Source of the DNA: an uncultured Actinomycetes bacterium | GTDB taxonomy: Bacteria; Actinomycetota; UBA4738; HRBIN12 | DNA: 64,000 bases | Reading direction: 5' to 3' | Assembly: GCA_963765865.1 (NCBI GenBank) | Contig: CAVXYE010000018.1 | Location: forward strand, 458,476 to 522,475 | Shown here: positions 50,976 to 59,738 of the stretch, in pieces | How the letters are laid out: each line of letters begins with the position of its first letter | Position numbering within the stretch: the first letter of the stretch is position 1 | Position numbers and translations under genes: made by a program | Notes under the pieces: generated by a model | What the model saw: only the letters and a program-made list of their open reading frames with translations | Told to the model about the DNA's origin: nothing | Database searches by the model: none

Positions 50976-53538
50976 CGCCCTTCGGTTCGAGGGACGACGG
51001 GTCGCCGTCGAGCCGGGCGACACCGTTGCCTCCGCGCTGTACCGCGCAGGCGTCCGAACCTTCACGCGCTCGCTGAAGTACCACCGGCGGCGGGGCCTCT
51101 TCTGCATGACGGGCGATTGCCCGAACTGTTCGTTGAACGTCGACGGCGACCCGGGGGTGCGCGCCTGCACCACGGACGCACGGGACGGCCAGGTCGTCCT
51201 CCGCGAGTCGGGATGGCCCTCGGCCGAGCACGACCTGCTCCACGTGGCGGATCGGCTGCACCGCTTCCTGCCCGTGGGCTTCTACTCGAAGACCTTCATC
51301 CGTCCTCGGTTCGTGTGGGGACTCGCCGAGCGAGCGATCCGCCGCGCGACCGGGGTCGGGCGCCTGCCGGCCGGCAGGCCGGCAGGCGCGAAGCCGGCGC
51401 GCGCCGTGCACGTCGATCTGTTGGTCGTCGGAGGTGGGGTCGCGGGGTTGGCGGCCGCGGCGGAAGCCGCGGCCGCAGGATCCCGGGTCATGCTCGTCGA
51501 GGAACGCCGGCTCGGGGCGACGGTCTGGGACGCGCGTGCTATCGCACGGATCGAGGCGCTCGCGCGGGAGGCGACGGCGGCGGGCGCACGGATCCTCGAA
51601 CGTCACACCGCGGTCGGCGTGTACGAGGGGCCGTTCGTCCCCGTGGTCGGTCCCGACGAGGTCCTGCACATCGAGGCCGCTCGCGTGATCGCAGCGACCG
51701 GCGCCGTCGAAGCACACGCGGTCTTCCCGGGGAACGACCTGCCGGGCGTCTTCCTCTCGCGGGGCGCCGCACTGCTGGGCGTTCGGCATGGCGTTGGGCC
51801 GGGCCGCCGCGCGGTCGTCGTCGCCACCACCGACGAGGGGCGCGCCTCGGCGGAGGCGCTCCGGACCACCGGCGTTGAGGTGCTGATCCACGACGGACCC
51901 GTCATCGCAGCGGAGGGGAGCGGCCGGGTCCGTGCGGTGATCATCGAAACCCCGAGCGGCCGCGAGCGGATCACGTGCGACACGCTGGTGCTCTCGCTCG
52001 GGTGGGCGCCGCGCGACGCACTGCTCCGGATGGGCACGGATCAGGAGGTCGCCGGCGCCGGCGAGGTCGTGATCCCGGGCTGCTCGCTCGAGGAAGCCGA
52101 GGCGAGCGGCAGACGGGCGGCGAACGGTCAGACCGAAGCCTCGAGCGAAGTGCCGACGGTCCCGGTGGCGGGCGACGGCTACGTCTGCCTGTGCGAGGAC
52201 GTGAGCCTCCACGACCTCGAACAGGCGTGGGACGAAGGCTGGCGCTCGTCGGAGATCCTCAAGCGCTACACGACGGCGACGATGGGCCCGTGCCAGGGGG
52301 CCGTGTGCGGGCGGCTCCTGGCTGCGTTCGCGGGCGCGCGGGCGGACGCGGTCGCCACCGCGGGCGCACGCACCACGGCGCGTCCGCCCGCGCGCCCGCT
52401 CCCGCTGGAGGATCTGGCCGCCGGGGTCGACGAGTCGATCGAGCAACGGACCTCGCTCCACGATCGCCATCTCGACCTGGGCGCGCGCATGGAGCGGAGC
52501 GGTTCGTGGTCGCGACCGACCACCTTCGGCGACATCGAGCAGGAGATCGGCGCGGTCCGCCACCGGGCCGGGCTGCTCGATGTCGGCACCCTTGGGAAGT
52601 TCCTGGTCGCCGGGCGCGATGCAGCGGAGCTGATGGATCGGGTGTTCCCCGTCCGCGTTCGCGATCTGACCCCCGGCCGCTCGCGCTACCTCGTCGCGCT
52701 CGATGAGGCCGGCTACGTGATCGACGACGGTCTCCTCGCTGCCCTGGACCGCGGCCGCTTCTACCTCTGCTCGACCTCCGGAGGCGCACCGGCGATGGAG
52801 GCGTGGCTCCGCGACTGGATCGACCGCTGGGACCTCCACGTCCATCTGCTCGATCAGACCGCCCAGCTCGGGGCGATCCTCCTCGCGGGCCCGAGCGCCC
52901 GGACGATCCTCGAACGCCTGACCGACGATGAGGTGAGCGCGGAGGCCCTCCCCCATATGCGGCACGCCGAGATCACCGTCGCCGATGTGCCCTGCCGTGC
53001 GCTCCGGGTCGGCTTCGTCGGCGAGGTCGGGTTCGAGCTCCACCACGAGCGCTCGCGCGGTCCCGAGCTCTACGACGCGCTGCTCGAGGCCGGCCGCCCC
53101 GAGGGCGCCCAGCCCTTCGGGCTGGGCGCCCTCGACACGCTCCGGTTGGAGAAGGGTCACCTCTATCTCGGACAGGACACGTTGCCCGACGACCATCCGG
53201 CGAAGCTCGGCCTGGACTGGGCCGTCGCGATGGAGAAGCCGGGGTTCGTCGGGAAGGCCGCGCTCGAGCGCATGCGAGCGCTGCCGCTCGAGCGCACCCT
53301 GGTGGGACTCCGCATCGAGGGCGAGCCGCGGCGCGGGGTCCCGCTCCTCGCCGGCGGTCGCGTCGTCGGGCGGGTGACCTCGTGCGCGCGCTCCGAGGCC
53401 GCCGGCGGGACGATCGCGCTCGGCTGGATCCGCGCGACGGACGGCTCCTTCCCGACCGAGCTCTTCGCCGGCGAGTCATCCGCCACCGTCGTGCCGACAC
53501 CCTTCTACGACCCCGAGGGGGCCCGGCTCCGTGCGTGA
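50968..53538 (+). CDS. soxA: sarcosine oxidase alpha subunit
   Basis: GTG start overlapping the soxD stop. N-terminal 2Fe-2S-like Cys cluster, FAD/NAD Rossmann (VVGGGVAGLAAA), C-terminal GcvT-like folate domain. Confidence 0.85.
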   Translation: MGDALRFEGRRVAVEPGDTVASALYRAGVRTFTRSLKYHRRRGLFCMTGDCPNCSLNVDGDPGVRACTTDARDGQVVLRESGWPSAEHDLLHVADRLHRFLPVGFYSKTFIRPRFVWGLAERAIRRATGVGRLPAGRPAGAKPARAVHVDLLVVGGGVAGLAAAAEAAAAGSRVMLVEERRLGATVWDARAIARIEALAREATAAGARILERHTAVGVYEGPFVPVVGPDEVLHIEAARVIAATGAVEAHAVFPGNDLPGVFLSRGAALLGVRHGVGPGRRAVVVATTDEGRASAEALRTTGVEVLIHDGPVIAAEGSGRVRAVIIETPSGRERITCDTLVLSLGWAPRDALLRMGTDQEVAGAGEVVIPGCSLEEAEASGRRAANGQTEASSEVPTVPVAGDGYVCLCEDVSLHDLEQAWDEGWRSSEILKRYTTATMGPCQGAVCGRLLAAFAGARADAVATAGARTTARPPARPLPLEDLAAGVDESIEQRTSLHDRHLDLGARMERSGSWSRPTTFGDIEQEIGAVRHRAGLLDVGTLGKFLVAGRDAAELMDRVFPVRVRDLTPGRSRYLVALDEAGYVIDDGLLAALDRGRFYLCSTSGGAPAMEAWLRDWIDRWDLHVHLLDQTAQLGAILLAGPSARTILERLTDDEVSAEALPHMRHAEITVADVPCRALRVGFVGEVGFELHHERSRGPELYDALLEAGRPEGAQPFGLGALDTLRLEKGHLYLGQDTLPDDHPAKLGLDWAVAMEKPGFVGKAALERMRALPLERTLVGLRIEGEPRRGVPLLAGGRVVGRVTSCARSEAAGGTIALGWIRATDGSFPTELFAGESSATVVPTPFYDPEGARLRA

Positions 53539-54007
53539 GCTCGCCCGCGCTCTGGTCGGCGTCGTCACGGCTTCGGCCGAGGCCGGTGCGCTCGACCTGC
53601 TCCTCGTTCCGGGACGCGCCCTCGCGTGCCGCGTTGCCGACGACGAGCTCCTGCTGCTCAGCGCCCCACCGGTCACCGACGAGGTCGCTCGAGAGGTCGC
53701 GACACGTCTCGCCGCGCTCGACCCCGACGCGCTCGTGATCGACACCACCGACGGATGGGCGGCGATCTCGGTGGTAGGGGACGATGCGCGGGCGAGCTTC
53801 GGTCTCCTGTCCCGACTCGAGCTCCCCGACGCCGGTTTCCTCCAAGGCGAGGTCGTGCACGTCCCGGCCAAGGTCGTCGCCGGTGACGGCCGGGTGCTCA
53901 TCCTGGTCCCGTCGATCTGGGAGGCTCATCTGCACGATCGAGCGGCGAAGGCCCTCGGGCACACCGGACCGCTCGAGGCGCGCCCGTGGGCGGTGCCCAC
54001 CTCATGA
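53531..54007 (+). CDS. soxG: sarcosine oxidase gamma subunit
   Basis: 158 aa, 8-nt overlap with soxA and ATGA overlap with soxB. Position and size fit SoxG. Confidence 0.6.
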   Translation: MRELARALVGVVTASAEAGALDLLLVPGRALACRVADDELLLLSAPPVTDEVAREVATRLAALDPDALVIDTTDGWAAISVVGDDARASFGLLSRLELPDAGFLQGEVVHVPAKVVAGDGRVLILVPSIWEAHLHDRAAKALGHTGPLEARPWAVPTS

Positions 54008-55212
54008 CCGGGATCTTCCGCCGGCGCGTGTTCCTCCGCCGGGTCGAGCCGAAGCGTCGCTACGACGTCGTGATCATCGGGGGCGGCGTGAACGGGCTGT
54101 CGCTCGCCTACAACCTCGCGTCGCGTCACGGGATCCGCGACGTCGCGGTCTTCGAGGCCGGCTACATCGGCGCCGGCGCGTCGGGACGGAACACGCAGGT
54201 CGTCCGCGCGAACTACAACACGCCCGAGAACGTCCCGCTGTACAAGGCGAGCTTGGGGATCTGGCGCACGCTCAGCCAGGAGCTCGACTTCAACGTCCAG
54301 TACTCGACGCAGGGCGAGCTGGATCTCTGCCACACCACCGATTCGCTCGAGGTCGAACGGGACAAGTCCCTGCTGAACCACGCCTACGGTGTGCAAACGG
54401 ACGTCGTCACGCCGGAGGAGATCGCGCGACTGCATCCGCTCGTCGACCTCACCGCCGGCGGTGAGCTGCCGGTGCTCGGGGCGTCCTACCACCCGCCTGG
54501 ATCCATCGCGCGCCACGATTCGGTCGTGTGGGGATACGCGTCGGCGGCGACGCGCCTCGGCGTCCACGTCCACGAGGGCACGCCCGTCACGGCGATCACG
54601 ATGGATGACGACGGCTGCACCGGGATCGAGACCTCCCGCGGTCCGGTGTCGGCCGGCGCCGTCGTCTCCGCGGTCGCTGGCTGGACCTCGATCGTCGCCG
54701 ACATGGCCGGCCTGAGACTCCCCATCAGCACGCACCCGCTCCAGGCGTTCGTGACGGAGCCCTACCGTCACGTGCTCGACGGGTTGGTGTCATCGATGGA
54801 TCTGTACGTCTACATCTCGCAGACCGCGCGCGGCGAGCTGCTGGTCGGGGCGGAGATCCTCCCGTACAACACGTACTCGACCCGCTCGACGTTCGATTTC
54901 CTCTCCGAAGCGGCCAAACGCTCGATCCAGATCCTGCCGTTCATGGCGCGGGCCCGCGCGATGCGGCAATGGGCGGGCCTGTGCGACATGACGCCCGACT
55001 CGTCGCCGATCCTCGGGGAGACCCCGGTCCCGCGCTTCTTCCTGATGGCGGGGATGGGGACGTGGGGCTTCAAGGGCTCGCCGATCTTCGGCCGCACGAT
55101 GGCGGAGCTCGTCGCCACCGGCCGGACACCCGAGCTGATCGCGCCGTTCGCACCGGACCGGTTCGAGCGGGACCGGATGGTGCCGGACGCGGCGAGCGCC
55201 GGCACGCACTAG
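54004..55212 (+). CDS. soxB: sarcosine oxidase beta subunit (FAD-dependent)
   Basis: VVIIGGGVNGLSLAY Rossmann. DAO-family flavoprotein. Confidence 0.85.
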   Translation: MTGIFRRRVFLRRVEPKRRYDVVIIGGGVNGLSLAYNLASRHGIRDVAVFEAGYIGAGASGRNTQVVRANYNTPENVPLYKASLGIWRTLSQELDFNVQYSTQGELDLCHTTDSLEVERDKSLLNHAYGVQTDVVTPEEIARLHPLVDLTAGGELPVLGASYHPPGSIARHDSVVWGYASAATRLGVHVHEGTPVTAITMDDDGCTGIETSRGPVSAGAVVSAVAGWTSIVADMAGLRLPISTHPLQAFVTEPYRHVLDGLVSSMDLYVYISQTARGELLVGAEILPYNTYSTRSTFDFLSEAAKRSIQILPFMARARAMRQWAGLCDMTPDSSPILGETPVPRFFLMAGMGTWGFKGSPIFGRTMAELVATGRTPELIAPFAPDRFERDRMVPDAASAGTH

Positions 55213-55284
55213 CGCGTCCGGTCGCGGGAACCGCTCTCCAGGTCCGTATCGGGCGACGTCTTCGCCTCGCCGGACCCCGCGCTC

Positions 55285-56472
55285 CTACCGCCACGCGGCG
55301 GGCAGCGCCGGCCATACGACCTCGTTCGCACCCAGCCACGCGGCCAGCTCGTCGATCGCGCGCTTCGCCGGCGGCCAGTCCGACGGCGTCACGACGTGCT
55401 CGGCGTAGATCGCGTTCACGCGAAGCACGCCGGCCTTCCGGTCGTAGAGCGGGTCGATCCGCCCGATCAGTCGGTCACCCCGGAGGATCGGGAGGACGAA
55501 ATACCCGAACTCGCGCTTCGCCTTCGGCACGTAGATCTCCAAGCGGAACCGGAAGTCGAACAGGCGCTCGGTACGCTCCCGATCCGAGATCAGATCGTCG
55601 AAGGGCGAAAGAGCGTCGTGCGGCCACGGAACGTCGTGTCCAACAGATCGCGGTGCGCGACCCACCGACCCGGGAGGCCCTCGACCTCGATCGGCACGAT
55701 CAGCCCGTCGCGCAGGTGACGGCGGATCGCGGTCTCCCGCATCGGAACCGGCCCGTCGAAGAGCGTGCCGATCCGCTCCAGCCGTTCGAGACCGCGGGCT
55801 CGCAGCTGCCGATCGACGAGCTCGGTGGCGATCTCGGACGCCGGAAGGGCGGGAACGCGTGGGAGGGACCGTGACGCCAGATCCCAGATACGCTGCTGGC
55901 CGTCGCGGCCGACGATCATCACCCGGCCCTGCAGCCACAGGATGTCGAGCAGCATGGGTACGTTCTGCCCTTCATCGTTCCAACCGCCGGTCTGCCAGCC
56001 CTCGGCAGCCCGATTCTCCAGGTCCCGCGCCCGGAGCGGACCACGCCGTCGCAGCTCACCGATCACGTACCGGACGAAGGCGTCGTTCGCCTCCAGCCAC
56101 CGTCGGACGTACTCGCGGCGCTTCCAGGTCCCGTGGGGGTAGCGCCGCATCGAGATGCGGTGGATCGGGAGGTCGGCCGTCGGCACGATGTGCGCCCAGT
56201 ATTCGAACAGCGCGCGCTCGCCCCAGAGCAGCCGTTCGAGCTCGGCGACGCGGAACCGCCGGCCGAGCCGGCTGAACAGGACGAGTTGCTCCGTCCGGGC
56301 GACCGCCGAGGTGGGATCGATCTGCACCTCGCCCAGGCGTCGCACGACCTCCTCGATCGACCCGGGTCGAGGAACGTCGAGGAGCTGCCCCGTCACGGCG
56401 AGCTGCCGCGCCCGCCGTCGCGAGACGTGGACCGGCTCGGGCATCGAGGTCATCGGGCTCACGGAGGCCATC
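55285..56472 (-). pseudogene. YcaQ-family winged-helix DNA-binding protein (crosslink-repair DNA glycosylase-like); apparent frameshift near 55620
   Basis: N-terminal 3/4 in the 55590..56639 frame. C-terminal FDFRFRLEIYVPKAKREFGYFVLPIL in the 55285..55938 frame. Start uncertain. Confidence 0.55.
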
Positions 56473-56553
56473 GAGTCCCGGAGGCTACCGCCCGACGGCG
56501 ACGGCCTCCTGGAGAACCGTTCTGCCTCCCCGTCCGTACACCCACGGAGTACC

Positions 56554-57135
56554 GTGCTGAGAGTGAAGATCGACGACCCGGGATCCGATGCAGCGCTCAT
56601 GGCGGAGTTCGCCGCCCGCGAGGAGCGCGCTGCCGGCACGCTCTTCGACCGGTTCGCGTCGAGGATCTACGGGCTCGGCGTGGTGATGCTGGGCAACCCC
56701 CAGGCGGCCCAGGATCTGGTGCAGGACACCTTCGTGAAGCTCTGGCGGACCGCCGAACGATACGACCCGCAACGCGGGCGGCTCGAGACGTGGGTCCTGC
56801 TCACCGCCCGGTCGCTCGCGATCGACAGCCTGCGGCGTCGCGTGCTGGAATCCCGTTCGCTGCAGGCGATCGGGATCCAGCCCGAAGACGACCCGGAGCC
56901 GCTCCCGGACGAGCGCGCGGCGCTCACGGACCTGTCCGCCCGCGCCCGGCGCGCGATGGCGTCGCTGTCCCCCGAACAGCGCTCCGCCCTCGAGCTCGCC
57001 TACTTCGGCGGCCGAACGACCGCCGAAGTGGCCGCGCTCGAGGGCATCCCCCAGGGCACCGTGAAGACGCGGATCCGCGCCGCGCTGCTCCGCTTGCGCG
57101 ACGAGATGGCGAAGGACGCCGACCATGACGTGTGA
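56554..57135 (+). CDS. ECF-type RNA polymerase sigma factor
   Basis: Region 2 (LVQDTFVKLWR) and region 4 (AEVAALEGIPQGTVKTRIRAA). GTG with GGAG RBS. An alternative ATG lies at 56599. Confidence 0.75.
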   Translation: MLRVKIDDPGSDAALMAEFAAREERAAGTLFDRFASRIYGLGVVMLGNPQAAQDLVQDTFVKLWRTAERYDPQRGRLETWVLLTARSLAIDSLRRRVLESRSLQAIGIQPEDDPEPLPDERAALTDLSARARRAMASLSPEQRSALELAYFGGRTTAEVAALEGIPQGTVKTRIRAALLRLRDEMAKDADHDV

Positions 57136-57862
57136 CGAGGTCCGTGAGCTGCTCCCCGAGCACCTGCTCGGCACCCTCGAGGGTCCCGAGGACCTCGAGG
57201 TCCGCCGGCACCTCCGAGGGTGCAGCACCTGTCGCGAGGAGCGGATGAAGCTCGAGGACGGGGTCGCCGCGCTCTCCCGCGCGGTGCACGATCAGGAGCC
57301 GCCCGCCGAGCTTCGGGACCGCGTCCTGCGCACGCTCGACGAGGAGTGGAACGAGGCCGGACCGCTCACCGCGACGGTCCGGCGGCATCGCGACCGCTCG
57401 CCGTGGCGAGCGGTCGCGGCCGCCGCTGCGGTCGTGCTCGTTGCCGGCTCGCTCGCGTTCGGCGCGACCCAGGCCCGTCGGGCCTCGGTCGCGACCGCCG
57501 ACGCCGCGAGTTACACCAATCTCCTCAGGTCGCTCGGCGGCAAGGAATTCAGCGTCGGCGAACTCCATCCGACCGGAGGCTCCACCTTCGATGGCCAGGT
57601 CCTGGTGTACGAGGGAGACGCATCCAAGGGGTGGGGCTCCTGGGCGATCGTCTTCGTCAAGGCGCCCGGCTACGTCGGAGACGCCACCGCGACGCTGATC
57701 GGCGCGGACGGCGGAGCGTTGGCGCTGCCTCCGCTGCGGGTCAGCGATGGCGAAGCCCACAGTTGGATCGTCACGGGCGACGATCTGAGCGGGTACGATC
57801 GCCTGACGATCACGACGCCGGATGGCAACGTCGTGGCGACGGGTGCCATCCACCCGGCGTGA
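57125..57862 (+). CDS. zinc-finger (HxxxCxxC, ZAS-type) anti-sigma factor with one TM segment
   Basis: ATGA overlap with the sigma gene. CDEVRELLPEHL...RHLRGCSTC. TM WRAVAAAAAVVLVAGSLAF. Confidence 0.65.
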   Translation: MTCDEVRELLPEHLLGTLEGPEDLEVRRHLRGCSTCREERMKLEDGVAALSRAVHDQEPPAELRDRVLRTLDEEWNEAGPLTATVRRHRDRSPWRAVAAAAAVVLVAGSLAFGATQARRASVATADAASYTNLLRSLGGKEFSVGELHPTGGSTFDGQVLVYEGDASKGWGSWAIVFVKAPGYVGDATATLIGADGGALALPPLRVSDGEAHSWIVTGDDLSGYDRLTITTPDGNVVATGAIHPA

Positions 57863-57917
57863 ACCGGGCACCTTCCCCGCCCGTAGAACCTCGAACCGGC
57901 TAGCGGAGGGAGCGATC

Positions 57918-58376
57918 ATGCACACACGGACCTTCGTCCTATCCAGCGTCGCCGCGGTGGCGCTCATCACGCTCGCGGCGTGCTCGTCGAGCAGCTCGAC
58001 GGCGAGCTCCGGCGAGCGAGCTCGAGCTCCGATCTCGGGCAAGATCACGATCGGCTCGGATCAAGCGAACGACCACGGCACGGAAGACGCGACCGGCAAG
58101 ACAACGTTCGAGATCGAAGCCAGCAACGACAGCAGCGGCTACTTCTTCAAGCCGACGATCCTGCAGGGCTCCGGCGGGCAATCCATCACGTTGGAGATCA
58201 AGAACGACGGGTCGGTGCCGCACAACTTCTCGATCACCTCGATGAACGTGAACGTCACGGTCGAGCCGGGCGCGTCGCAAGAAGTGAAGGTCACGTTCCC
58301 GCAGACGGGGACGGTGGAGTACTTCTGCAGCTTCCACCACGCGCTCGGCATGGCGGGCGAGCTGTCGGTGGCCTGA
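57918..58376 (+). CDS. cupredoxin (plastocyanin/azurin-like type-1 copper) lipoprotein
   Basis: GGAGGGAG RBS. Lipobox LAAC. Copper ligands H...C-x2-H-x4-M (FCSFHHALGM). Confidence 0.7.
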   Translation: MHTRTFVLSSVAAVALITLAACSSSSSTASSGERARAPISGKITIGSDQANDHGTEDATGKTTFEIEASNDSSGYFFKPTILQGSGGQSITLEIKNDGSVPHNFSITSMNVNVTVEPGASQEVKVTFPQTGTVEYFCSFHHALGMAGELSVA

Positions 58377-58382
58377 TCGCCC

Positions 58383-58713
58383 TTAGGCGAGCGACGATCG
58401 GCAGCGGCTCCAGAGCGACGGACAGCTCGTCGGCGGACAGCTCCGCGTGGAGGCCGTCGATCAGCTCGGCGATCTCCGGGCTCATGACCGCGAGGACGTG
58501 AGCGCCGCTTCGCGACGCGAAGGTGTGTGGAGAGCCGCGCGGCACGACGAAGAACTCGCCTGGAGCGACGCGCTCCCGTGAGCCGTCCACGAAGACCTCG
58601 AGCTCGCCGTCGAGGCAGATGAAAGCTTCCTCGCCCGCGTGATGGATATGGAGTGGCGCCTGATCCCCGTCGTACGGGTCCAGATGCCAGTCTCGGATCA
58701 GGAAATCCGCCAT
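58383..58713 (-). CDS. cupin domain protein (3' end uncertain)
   Basis: HIHHAGEEAFICLDGE cupin motif. The listed ORF would overlap the cupredoxin by about 85 bp. A +1 frame gives a TAA at 58383-58385, which is the preferred end. Confidence 0.5.
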
Positions 58714-58741
58714 GGTGCACCCATTCATGCCGTGCGACGCC

Positions 58742-59092
58742 GGTGGAGGTGGCGGGATTCGAACCCGCGTGCTCGGGCGACCATCTGGGGCTTCTCCGGG
58801 CGCAGCCGGCGTATGGATCTCACCTCGGGGTCTCCACCGGCGGAAGGCCCCTCGGCCAGCCCGGGTGCGATGTCCCGCGGTGGCCCCCAGGCGGAGCCCT
58901 CGCGGTGAGCCTGCTCAGTGACGCCCGTACCCCGACCGCAGGCACACGGGGCGGGCGGCTACCTAGAGACTAGGCAGCGAGCGCGAACTCGTCGTTGGCG
59001 CTTGTGTTGGTCCGGCGTTTTACGTGACATCCGGGATCACGGCCCGCTTCACCCAGACGGTTATCCGTCCGAGTCGAAACCAGTACACCCCC
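58742..59092 (-). ncRNA. ssrA: tmRNA (SsrA), tag peptide ANDEFALAA
   Basis: Minus-strand RNA begins GGGGGUGUACUGGUUUCGAC and ends ...GGUUCGAAUCCCGCCACCUCCACC (the terminal A is not encoded). The 7-bp acceptor pairs with the 5' end. Internal reading frame GCC AAC GAC GAG TTC GCG CTC GCT GCC TAG. Adjacent to smpB. Confidence 0.85.
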
Positions 59093-59260
59093 ATATGCAG
59101 TTGTCCTTCGAAGTATACGGGCGACCGTGTCGGCGGGGCGGCGTAGAGTCGCGCCATGGCCTTCAAGGGTTCGGCACGACGACGACGTTCCTCAAGGATC
59201 TCGGGCGCAACAACTCCAAGGAATGGTTCCCCCGACTGGCTGACGGGTTAGCGCTGACGG

Positions 59261-59728
59261 CTAGCGCCGCCGGCCGGCCGCCCGCTCCATCTCGCGCTGC
59301 GCCTCGCGCTTCGCGATCGACTGGCGCTTCTCGTACTTCCGCTTCCCGCGAGCCAGCGCGACCTCGACCTTCGCGATCCCGTGCGTGAAGTAGATGCGGA
59401 GCGGGACGAGGGACAGGCCCTTCTCGTTGACCTCGCGAGCGATCTGATCGATCTCCCGCCGGTGCAGGAGCAGCTTGCGCGGCCGGAGCGGCTGATGCGT
59501 GCGCTTGTCTCCCTGCTCGTACGCCGGGATGTGCAGGCCCTCGAGCCACAGCTCGCTCCCTCGCGCGCGGCCGTAACAGTCGACCAGGGAGGCGCGCCCC
59601 TCCCGGAGCGACTTCACCTCGTCTCCCGTGAGCTGGATGCCACACTCGAAGTGCTCGAGCAGCTCGTAATCGTGTCGCGCACGCCGGTTGCTGGCGACGA
59701 TCTTCTCACCCTCGTCCTGCCGGCCCAT
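59261..59728 (-). CDS. smpB: SsrA-binding protein
   Basis: IVASNRRARHDYELLE...GIQLTGDEVKSLR, Lys/Arg-rich C-terminal tail. Confidence 0.9.
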   Translation of the reverse strand: MGRQDEGEKIVASNRRARHDYELLEHFECGIQLTGDEVKSLREGRASLVDCYGRARGSELWLEGLHIPAYEQGDKRTHQPLRPRKLLLHRREIDQIAREVNEKGLSLVPLRIYFTHGIAKVEVALARGKRKYEKRQSIAKREAQREMERAAGRRR

Positions 59729-59738
59729 GGCCGGGAGG

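Noticed and set aside
55212-55285. CCGCC-acgc-GGCGG hairpin after soxB as a terminator.
   Set aside because: The stem is 5 bp and GC-only. Such elements arise by chance at this GC content.
58639-59388. ORFs 58639..58908, 58653..58973, 58712..58921 and 58918..59388.
   Set aside because: They lie on the tmRNA gene. Their translations are low-complexity and are explained by the structured RNA.
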